From an uncultured Candidatus Cloacimonadota bacterium (GTDB lineage Bacteria; Cloacimonadota; Cloacimonadia; Cloacimonadales; Cloacimonadaceae): a stretch of 64,000 nucleotides of DNA. Both the position numbers and the translations under genes were made by a program. Shown piece after piece: positions 56,635-64,000 of the stretch. The DNA lies in assembly GCA_964652645.1 (NCBI GenBank), contig CAZZCS010000002.1:402-64401 (forward strand), given 5' to 3'. The notes under the pieces were generated by a model. That model did no database searches, was not told the origin of the DNA, and saw only the letters and a list, made by a program, of their open reading frames with translations. Numbering within the stretch: position 1 is the stretch's first letter; each line of letters opens with the position of its first letter.

Positions 56635-57651
56635 TTAGATCAGCTCCATCTGCTCGTTGATAGGGTCCAGGCCCATGTGCTTGTAGCCTTTATATGTGAC
56701 CTTTCTGCCCTGGGGAGTTCTCTCCAGAAATCCCTGCTGAACCAGGTAGGGCTCAAAGATCTCTTCGATTGTGCCGGCATCTTCGCCGATGGCCGCGGAT
56801 AAAGTCTTGATCCCTACAGGGCCGCCCCGGTAGTTCTCGATGATTGTATTCAGCAGGCGCTTGTCCATTTCGTCCAGACCTGCATGATCGACCTGCAGCA
56901 TCTCAAGGGCTTCCAGAGCTATCTTTTCGGTAATGATGCCATCTCCAATAATCTGAGCAAAATCACGCACCCTTCTCAGGAGTCTGTTGGCGATTCTAGG
57001 AGTACCCCGACTGCGCAGAGCGAGCGCTGAAGCGCCTTCGGCTTCGATGGGGACACCCAGTAGTCTGGCAGACCGGAGCAGTATCTTCTTGATGGAATCC
57101 ACGTCGTAATAATCCAAACGAAGCACAATCCCAAATCTGTCTCTGAGCGGTGGAGTCAATAGCCCCGCTCTGGTGGTTGCTCCGATCAAGGTAAAAGGCT
57201 CAATATCGATCTTCAGGGTACGTGCGCTGGGCCCACTATCCAGAATGATCTCCATCGAATAGTCTTCCATCGCTGGGTAAATGTATTCCTCTATCACGTG
57301 GCTGAGACGGTGAATCTCATCTATAAAGAGCACCTCGTGTCTTTGCAGGTTTGTGAGAATCCCCGCCAGATCAGAGGGTTTTTCCAGTACTGGCCCGGAA
57401 CTCACTGTGATATTCACCCCCAGTTCCCGCGCAATGATGCCAGCCAGAGTAGTCTTGCCAAGACCAGGAGGGCCATAAAAGAGCACGTGATCCAGAGATT
57501 CATTTCTTTGCCTGGCCGCCTTGATCGAGATATCCAGCAGTTTCTTGAGGTGGTTTTGACCGATAAATTCATCCAGAGTCTTGGGCCGCAGGGCCTTATC
57601 AAACTCATTGTCTTCGGTCTGGACTACAGGGTTGTTGATTCTTTGTAACAT
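56635..57651 (-). CDS. ruvB: Holliday junction branch-migration helicase RuvB
   Basis: LRP..LDEFIGQ, GPPGLGKTTLA, LFIDEIHRL and the sensor motifs of RuvB. Confidence 0.96.
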   Translation of the reverse strand: MLQRINNPVVQTEDNEFDKALRPKTLDEFIGQNHLKKLLDISIKAARQRNESLDHVLFYGPPGLGKTTLAGIIARELGVNITVSSGPVLEKPSDLAGILTNLQRHEVLFIDEIHRLSHVIEEYIYPAMEDYSMEIILDSGPSARTLKIDIEPFTLIGATTRAGLLTPPLRDRFGIVLRLDYYDVDSIKKILLRSARLLGVPIEAEGASALALRSRGTPRIANRLLRRVRDFAQIIGDGIITEKIALEALEMLQVDHAGLDEMDKRLLNTIIENYRGGPVGIKTLSAAIGEDAGTIEEIFEPYLVQQGFLERTPQGRKVTYKGYKHMGLDPINEQMELI

Positions 57652-57652
57652 G

Positions 57653-58117
57653 CTATTTTTTCTTTTTGGTAAAGGGGGGAACGGTAATCGGATCTTCCAG
57701 ATGCTTGATCAGGGTGGTGCCATCAGGGATTACCACGTCCCAGGTAACTTGCTGTTTGCTTTTCTTGTGTCTCAGTTCCAGTCGCAGCGTTTCTCCTGCT
57801 CTCCATTGGCTTTTGAAGTTCCCGAGCTGGACGCTGACGATCACCATTTTGGAAAACTTGACGTCATCGCCCACTTCTTTGACGGCGACGGAGTTTATGG
57901 GATGCTTGTCTGTAGTCATGACGTCTTTGGGTCTGGAGACGATCCAGGCTTTCAGGGTGTATTCTGGGGCCGAAACTTTGGCCGTCGAAGTAACCTGAGG
58001 ATTCTCTTGATTTTCCAGAATGATTCTCTGGACATAGGATCGTGGTAACGTCGTGGGCTGGGCCGATATGCACGCTACCATCAATAGTAACATGATACAT
58101 GCAAAATAATGCTTCAT
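57653..58117 (-). CDS. hypothetical secreted protein
   Basis: Signal peptide MKHYFACIMLLLMVACISAQ. No motif recognised. Its stop lies 1 nt from the ruvB start. Confidence 0.5.
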   Translation of the reverse strand: MKHYFACIMLLLMVACISAQPTTLPRSYVQRIILENQENPQVTSTAKVSAPEYTLKAWIVSRPKDVMTTDKHPINSVAVKEVGDDVKFSKMVIVSVQLGNFKSQWRAGETLRLELRHKKSKQQVTWDVVIPDGTTLIKHLEDPITVPPFTKKKK

Positions 58118-58190
58118 TGGTACCTCACTTTACTGCGTACAATTCTCTTGAGTTTGGTATTTTTGTAAATCTAATTCTTGGCGATGCCTA

Positions 58191-60470
58191 TCAGCGACTC
58201 TCAAGTGCGTCCAAAATCGCCTCTGGAGTTGCTGGAAAACGGAGCTCCGCTTTGGGATTTACTGCTTTTATGGCATTTCTCAGGGCAAAAAAAGCTGCCA
58301 TCCCATAGATGAAAGGCGGTTCTCCTGTCGCTTTACTGCCCATCACACTGGCATATTGTGCCTGGGAGGGGACAAGCTCCACCACAAGATTATGTGGCAA
58401 ATCCCTGATTCCTGGGATCTTGTATGTGGATGGATTCACAGAAAGATACCTGCCGCTGGGAGCCAGCACCATCTCTTCCATTGTGCACCAGCCATAGGCC
58501 TGGATAAAGGCTCCTATGATCTGCCCCCGGTCGATATCCTCCTGCAGACTCTGTCCATTTTCATGCACTATATAGGTGTCCAATATGCTGTGTTCTCCCG
58601 TGAGCAGATCAAGCTCGATTCTGACCAGGGCACAGCCATAAACGTAGTAATAAAAAGGATTGCCAATGCCTTTATCCCGGTCAAACCAGACTTCAGGAGT
58701 CTTATAGTATCCGTAGGCAGCAAGGGGGACACGTTCCATCCAGGCTGCTTTTATGAGGTCTGCAAAACTGATTCTGGCCTCGGGATTATCTTCTGGGAAG
58801 ATGCTCCCCGCCTCAAAGACCAGATCTGTCTCGGAAAGACTAAGGCTGAAACTACTTTCCAGATGCTTTCTGGCGACGGGAATCAGATTTGACTTGATCT
58901 CTTCGGCTGCTATCCTGGCTGCATTGCCATTGATGTCACTACCAGTGGAGGCAGCAGTGGGTGAAGCATTGCCGACCCTCTGAGAATTTGAACTCTCTAC
59001 CCGGATTTGCCGGAGTGGAACTCCCAATATCCTGGAAACCACAATCGCTACCTTAGTGCTGACTTCCTGCCCCATTTCGACGCCGCCAGTCGTTACAGAG
59101 ATTGTCCCATCTGCATAAACCCAGATCAAGGCAGAGCCTTGATTCAGGAGTGCTGTGGTAAATGAAATCCCGAATTTGACGGGGATTACGCCAATTCCCT
59201 GTTTGGTGTGGGGGCTATTGAGGTTACAAGACGCGACCTCTGTGGTAAGCCGTTCATAATCTGAAATAGCTTTCAAACGCTCGAGTAGCTCCACTGTAAA
59301 GGTCTCATGTACGATCTGGGCGTAGGGCGTTTTCTGTCCCTTTTTGTAGGCATTAATGGCACGGATATCCAGGGCATCGAGCTTTAGCCGATCGGCGATC
59401 TGCTCGATCAGACTTTCGATTACGAAAATTCCCTGAGGAGCGCCAAACCCTCTGTAGGCGGTATTGGGGGGCAGGTTTGTCCGGCAGGCTCGACCTTGTA
59501 TTCTGGCGTTTGGAATGTGATAGGTATTGTCCACATGGAACATCGCTCTTTCCAAAATAGCAATGGATAGATCTGCATAAGCGCCTCCATTGGCAAGGAG
59601 TTGCACGTCCAGAGCCAGGATCTTTCCCTTGGAATCAACCCCACAGCGATAGTATGTTTTGAAGGGGTGACGCTTCCCCGTAATCAGCATGTCCTCATCC
59701 CGACTGAGCACCAGATCCACAGGCCTTTTGGTAAGGTAAGCTCCCAAGGCTGCCAGGCAGGCATAGATGGTGCCATTACGCTCTTTTCCGCCAAAGGCAC
59801 CGCCCAGGCGGGGCACATCGACAATGACGTTATGAGCTGCGATTCCCAGAAGGTGGGAAACTACCTCCTGCACCTCCATGGTGCTCTGAGTAGCGCTAAA
59901 AAGGGTGATTTGCTTGCCCTCTCCGGGGACTGCCCGGCAACGCTGGCTCTCCATATAGAAGTGTTCCTGCCCGGATGATTCAAGCGCACCCTCCAGGATG
60001 AGCCTGGATTTGGCCAGGGCTTGTTCCACATTTCCACATTCAATTTTACGTTCCGGGACGTACCATTCCTGTTTTTTATCAGCCTCATCTACATCCAGGA
60101 TGGGTGAGAGCTCTACATAGTTCAGCTTTATCTTCTTCAGTGCTTCCTCTGCCAGGTTTTTATCGTGAGAGAGTACCATAGCCAGGGGCTGTCCCACATA
60201 CATGATTCTGCCCTCGGGGAAGAGAGGTTCATCTTTGATTACATGGCCGATCTGGTTCTCTCCGGGGATGTCTCTGGCCGTAAGAACGCAATGAATCCCG
60301 GGAGAATTGGCCGCCTCCGTGATGTCCAGATCGATAATACTGGCATGAGCTACGGGACTCAAGAACAGCTTTGCAAAGAGCATTCCGGCCAAAGGTGCTT
60401 CATCTGATATGAATTTGGAACTGCCAGTTACATGATATTTCCCGCTGAGGTGATGCGTTACTCTTTTCAT
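58191..60470 (-). CDS. xdhB: xanthine dehydrogenase molybdopterin-binding subunit
   Basis: a/b-hammerhead plus Moco domains. The xanthine-type catalytic triad contexts are present: GGAFGGKE, YRGFGAPQG and TGEPP, matching bovine E802/R880/E1261 as I recall them. Confidence 0.85.
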   Translation of the reverse strand: MKRVTHHLSGKYHVTGSSKFISDEAPLAGMLFAKLFLSPVAHASIIDLDITEAANSPGIHCVLTARDIPGENQIGHVIKDEPLFPEGRIMYVGQPLAMVLSHDKNLAEEALKKIKLNYVELSPILDVDEADKKQEWYVPERKIECGNVEQALAKSRLILEGALESSGQEHFYMESQRCRAVPGEGKQITLFSATQSTMEVQEVVSHLLGIAAHNVIVDVPRLGGAFGGKERNGTIYACLAALGAYLTKRPVDLVLSRDEDMLITGKRHPFKTYYRCGVDSKGKILALDVQLLANGGAYADLSIAILERAMFHVDNTYHIPNARIQGRACRTNLPPNTAYRGFGAPQGIFVIESLIEQIADRLKLDALDIRAINAYKKGQKTPYAQIVHETFTVELLERLKAISDYERLTTEVASCNLNSPHTKQGIGVIPVKFGISFTTALLNQGSALIWVYADGTISVTTGGVEMGQEVSTKVAIVVSRILGVPLRQIRVESSNSQRVGNASPTAASTGSDINGNAARIAAEEIKSNLIPVARKHLESSFSLSLSETDLVFEAGSIFPEDNPEARISFADLIKAAWMERVPLAAYGYYKTPEVWFDRDKGIGNPFYYYVYGCALVRIELDLLTGEHSILDTYIVHENGQSLQEDIDRGQIIGAFIQAYGWCTMEEMVLAPSGRYLSVNPSTYKIPGIRDLPHNLVVELVPSQAQYASVMGSKATGEPPFIYGMAAFFALRNAIKAVNPKAELRFPATPEAILDALESR

Positions 60471-62044
60471 ATCTGCTCCATTTTTGTGACCACCAGCTCA
60501 CTAAGATACTTCACCACATGGTTATGGATGATTTTGCTGCGATAACTCCGGGAGCCTCTGACGTCTGAGATGGGTTCAAATTCTGCGCTCACACTTTGGG
60601 CTATTTCCTGGATGTCCAGCGCTTTGAGCTGGCTGTTTTCGACCAGATTCGTGAATGCTTGGGAGAGAACAGGCGTTTTGGCCACTCCACCCAGGGCCAG
60701 CCTGGCGCTCAGTATCTGTGTCCCCTCATAAGAGATGCAGACAGCGGTGCTAACGGCAGAGATATCGACGGACTTACGCTTCGAAGCCTTTAGGCAGCGG
60801 ACATAACGTTGACCCAGCTCGATCGGGATAAGAATCGCCGAGATGATTTCCCTGTCTGCGAGGGCAATCTTGCGATAGTCCAGAAAGAAGTCGCTCAGCA
60901 GAAGTGTCCTCTCTCCAGTTGCAGAGGCCAGGACGATCTTGCTCTGAAGTGCCAGGAGCAGAGGTATGCCGTCGCCGATTGGCGAGGCGTTTCCGATGTT
61001 TCCTGACAGGGTGGCAAAGTTTCGGATTTGCTCCGAGGCTATGCGTCTGATTATATACCTCAGAGCAGGTATGTGTTTGTGGATCAAACTAGAGTGTAAA
61101 AGCTTGCTATAGGTTACATTAGCGCCGATTTTTAGCTGGTGTTTGTCAATGCACAGCTCTTTGAGGCAGGCAATCTTCGAGATGTCTATGAGGATAGGAT
61201 AATGCGCTTTTTGGATGTTGATCTGCACCATGATATCTGTGCCGCCATTGATCAATCTATAGGGCTTGCCTTCGTGTGCATTGAGCAGAGTAAAGAGCTC
61301 TTCCAGGCTCTCCGGGATATAGTATTCCTGGCAGGGATAGAAACGATCTACGGCTCTAGTGCTATAACCTGCCGCTTGGTCAAACCCCTGCAACTCAGCC
61401 TCGGTTTCCAGGCACCACTGGGGGATAATGCTGCCCTGTTCAAAGTGCGAGCTCAAGTATTCAGCAGCCTTCAGGATGGAATCGTAACCAGTACATCGGC
61501 AGAGGTTACCCTCAAGAGCAGCCATGATCCTCTCTCGATCCGGTCTTTGTTCACTTGCCAGGAGGGCAAAGAGGCTCATCACAAAGCCCGGTGTACAATA
61601 GCCACATTGAGTGCTATGAAAGTCCAGCATCACCTGCTGGATGGGGTGCAGAGCATCCGGAGTTCCCAAGCCCTCGATAGTGATCAGGTGTTTGCCATGC
61701 AGCTTGGCTGCAGGATAGAGGCAGGAATTGATCGCCTCATAATGCACACCATTCTCCAGAGACGAAGCGATTACCACAGTGCAAGCTCCGCAATCACCTT
61801 CGTTGCAACTGCATTTGGTGCCATACATGCTCAAATTCTGATGCAGATAATCCAGAGTCGTCTGAGCTGGGGGGATGGAGGCCTTAACTGCTTTGCCATT
61901 GAGCCAGAACTGCACATCATTGAACTGGTAGCTAGCGGAATAGTTCTCTGGGCAATGCGTATGTGACTTGTGGGAAGCGTTTGCTCTTTTTTCCTTACAC
62001 GTGTTTTTGTGGTCACGATCTTTCATAAGGCCTTCCATAATCAT
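60467..62044 (-). CDS. xdhA: xanthine dehydrogenase small subunit ([2Fe-2S] x2 + FAD domain)
   Basis: CNEGDCGACTV and CRCTGY clusters, followed by a CO-dehydrogenase-flavoprotein-type FAD domain. The start is uncertain. The ATG at 62044 gives a His/Cys/Lys-rich extension of about 45 aa. An in-frame GTG (VQFWLNGK) would match the usual XdhA N-terminus. Confidence 0.82.
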   Translation of the reverse strand: MIMEGLMKDRDHKNTCKEKRANASHKSHTHCPENYSASYQFNDVQFWLNGKAVKASIPPAQTTLDYLHQNLSMYGTKCSCNEGDCGACTVVIASSLENGVHYEAINSCLYPAAKLHGKHLITIEGLGTPDALHPIQQVMLDFHSTQCGYCTPGFVMSLFALLASEQRPDRERIMAALEGNLCRCTGYDSILKAAEYLSSHFEQGSIIPQWCLETEAELQGFDQAAGYSTRAVDRFYPCQEYYIPESLEELFTLLNAHEGKPYRLINGGTDIMVQINIQKAHYPILIDISKIACLKELCIDKHQLKIGANVTYSKLLHSSLIHKHIPALRYIIRRIASEQIRNFATLSGNIGNASPIGDGIPLLLALQSKIVLASATGERTLLLSDFFLDYRKIALADREIISAILIPIELGQRYVRCLKASKRKSVDISAVSTAVCISYEGTQILSARLALGGVAKTPVLSQAFTNLVENSQLKALDIQEIAQSVSAEFEPISDVRGSRSYRSKIIHNHVVKYLSELVVTKMEQI

Positions 62045-62140
62045 TTTTTACAAGTAGAAAAGAGACTCGAATTCTTGTCAATGAAAAAGCAGTAACATAA
62101 ATCCGGGCTTGCTTCCTGCCTGCCTAATTCTTTGCCTCGT

Positions 62141-62220
62141 TTTCGCCTCGAGATCGCCTCGAGATCGCCTCGAGTACTCGAGGCCATCTCGAGGGGAACA
62201 TGAGGCGAAGGTGAGGTGAA
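62141..62220. repeat. composite palindromic intergenic repeat, copy 2
   Basis: TTTCGCCTCGAGATCGCCTCGAGATCGCCTCGAGTACTCGAGGCCATCTCGAGGGGAACATGAGGCGAAGG... is about 90% identical to 28790-28869. One G-to-C change interrupts the central palindrome. Confidence 0.85.
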
Positions 62221-62361
62221 GTATATTGCAAGTGGTTGCTACTCATGTTCTAATCCAGTTATCTGGCTCGTAAGGAATAAAACGCGCTGGACACAGGGTA
62301 GTATCTCTCTATCAAAGAGATTGCCTCAGATTATACCAGGAGCATGAAGCTGGTTTTTGAT

Positions 62362-64000
62362 CTAGTTATTGGAGGAGTCTGCCGATTGCAAATCCTGCCA
62401 CCGATAGCTAATGTTGAATGTGGAGCCATGGCCCGGGCTGCTTTGGATATCCAGCTTGCCAGCGGTGTGCTGCAGAGCTTCCAGCACAAAGACCAGTCCC
62501 ATGCCAAAGCCTTTTTCCTGCTTAGTGCCTAGCCCACTGAAACTGTCGCCGGACAAGATTCGTTCAATCTGTTCTGGTCGCATGCCAACTCCCTCATCAA
62601 TTACCATAATTTGTAATAGCTCGTTGTCTGATAAGACTTTCAAATGAATCGTGGATCCAGGATGAGAGAATTTGATAGCGTTGGAAAAGAGATTACGAAT
62701 GATAAGGCGTAACCTCTCACGAGCCAAGCGGATAAAAAGTACTTCGTTCTTGAATGAGAACTTGATCCTGATCCCTTTTGGTTGAGCCACTATCTCTGCC
62801 AACTGAACGGACTCTTTTAACGTTTCTATCAGATCAAATCCTACCCGTTCCTCATCTAATCCGGCTTTGTATTTGCTTGCTAACAGCAATAGATCGTTGA
62901 TCAGCCCTTCAGTGACTTTTGAGGATTGATGCAAAAGCATGAGAGTCTCATCTTTATCATCGTTTAGTAATCCTGATATAATCATCTCAAGAGCCTGAGA
63001 AATGGAGGCAACTGGGCCCCTGATATCGTGAGCAATTATGGAGATAATCCGGTTGAGCAGTTGATTGGTAGCGGTTAGAAGGTTATTTTTCGTTTCCAGT
63101 TCCTGAGTCTTTTTAAAGATGATCTTGTTGCTGTCTTCCAAAGTTTCATTCTGACAGCGATAGGCATCTAACTGCTCTTTCAATCTTTTTTGCAAGAACA
63201 GAGCTTCTGCTTGAGCAATTTCTAGGGGCGTGTTAACTTGGTTAATCCTCTGTGCCAGATCTAATTCCACGCTTTGAGCCAAATAAGCACGAGCTATATC
63301 CAGCTTGAATTGCCAGGCATCTTTGAGACAGGAATAGGCTTTTTTTTCAGAGACAAGGTCTTGCAGTTTATGGGCAGTGCTTAGCGATTCTTGAGCATAC
63401 TTAACTGCTGTATCATAATCCTCCTGCTCGATAGCTATCAGCGCCAAATTATTCAAAACTGTGGGTTGCATGCTCACATTCCCGTATTTAATAGCAATGG
63501 CCAGAGATTCTGTGTACAACTCAGTAGCCTCATCAAACCTTTGCTGGTTTGAGCGCAGGGAAGCAAGGTTGTTTAACGCAACTGAGAGGTAAGGCTCTGT
63601 GAGATATTTTTTATAATATTCTATAGCCAGTTGGCAGAACTGTTCGGCGTTAGGGATATCACTACTGGCGATGTATGTTGCCGCCAGATTGTTGAATATC
63701 AGCGCAAGTCGCTCATTGTTGTCATTCTTCAGGTAGATATTCATAGCTCTGTAGAAATATTCGAGTGCTTTGTTAGCATCACCCGAGCTTCGGAAAACAT
63801 CCCCTAAGTTGTTATATATATCAGCAGCAATTTGAGACTCATCATTATCGTCTAAATGCTTTAATGCAGAAAAGTAAGCCTCGATAGCAAGTTTTGGTTT
63901 CATGACTCGACAATAGGCTACCCCGAGGTTGTTAATGTAGAGAACTCGATCTCTGAGCTCCAGTTCTTCCTGAAGTAGCTTTTGCCATATATCGATGGCC
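62362..64000 (-). CDS. TPR-repeat sensor histidine kinase (5' end beyond window)
   Basis: HisKA motif IIAHDIRGPV. HATPase boxes NAIKFS, DEGVGM and GFGMGL. The reading frame stays open upstream of the track's Met at 63903 through to position 64000 (…AIDIWQKLLQEELELRDRVLYINNLGVAYCRV-M…, which is also TPR-like), so the gene is truncated by the window. Confidence 0.85.
   Translation of the reverse strand, partial: AIDIWQKLLQEELELRDRVLYINNLGVAYCRVMKPKLAIEAYFSALKHLDDNDESQIAADIYNNLGDVFRSSGDANKALEYFYRAMNIYLKNDNNERLALIFNNLAATYIASSDIPNAEQFCQLAIEYYKKYLTEPYLSVALNNLASLRSNQQRFDEATELYTESLAIAIKYGNVSMQPTVLNNLALIAIEQEDYDTAVKYAQESLSTAHKLQDLVSEKKAYSCLKDAWQFKLDIARAYLAQSVELDLAQRINQVNTPLEIAQAEALFLQKRLKEQLDAYRCQNETLEDSNKIIFKKTQELETKNNLLTATNQLLNRIISIIAHDIRGPVASISQALEMIISGLLNDDKDETLMLLHQSSKVTEGLINDLLLLASKYKAGLDEERVGFDLIETLKESVQLAEIVAQPKGIRIKFSFKNEVLFIRLARERLRLIIRNLFSNAIKFSHPGSTIHLKVLSDNELLQIMVIDEGVGMRPEQIERILSGDSFSGLGTKQEKGFGMGLVFVLEALQHTAGKLDIQSSPGHGSTFNISYRWQDLQSADSSNN

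Noticed and set aside
62362-64000. The AT-richer, low-GATC composition of the TPR kinase and of 50437-51345 might mark horizontally acquired islands.
   Set aside because: There are no flanking tRNAs, integrases, direct repeats or other mobility genes, and my composition impression rests on small hand-counted samples. I kept it only as a caveat within the GATC finding.

Overview
64-kb chromosomal segment of roughly 50% GC (judged by eye), densely coding. I support 52 protein-coding genes: 50 complete and 2 cut by the window edges. I found no rRNA, tRNA, CRISPR array, transposase, integrase or prophage gene. Most of the content is core housekeeping. This includes groES-trxA; a long co-directional string rseP-tgt-dapA-M16 peptidase-rsgA-nadK-recN; lepB-hemW; a complete mreB-mreC-X-mreD-mrdA-rodA cell-shape operon; dtd; and ruvB. 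There is also anaerobic amino-acid and purine catabolism: P5C dehydrogenase, lysine 5,6-aminomutase kamDE, 3-oxoacid CoA-transferase, leucyl aminopeptidase and a two-subunit xanthine dehydrogenase. Oxygen-defence genes are present (flavodiiron protein, AhpD-like protein). Many genes encode envelope or secreted proteins, two of them with FlgD-Ig/T9SS-type C-terminal sorting domains. From gene content I infer an anaerobic amino-acid fermenter from an FCB-group-related lineage (Cloacimonadota-like). That is inference, not something the sequence shows directly. No classical defence or mobile island is visible. The most unusual items are: (1) an ~80-nt composite palindromic element present twice, 33 kb apart, both times in promoter-proximal intergenic DNA; (2) a CofE/F420-glutamyl-ligase-like gene wedged between mreC and mreD; (3) a canonical sigma-54 promoter with an upstream repeat array driving a PDZ plus outer-membrane-barrel fusion; (4) an orphan promoter-plus-terminator unit upstream of mreB that looks like a ~70-nt sRNA with a CCCUCC seed; (5) an 11-bp Shine-Dalgarno-sequestering hairpin in the pruA leader; (6) unusual envelope architectures: Peptidase_MA-PD40-Omp85, an orphan MlaD, and an AMIN-TPR-TM-HTH protein next to a Wzi-like barrel. 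All family calls come from motif recognition by eye. No database search was run.
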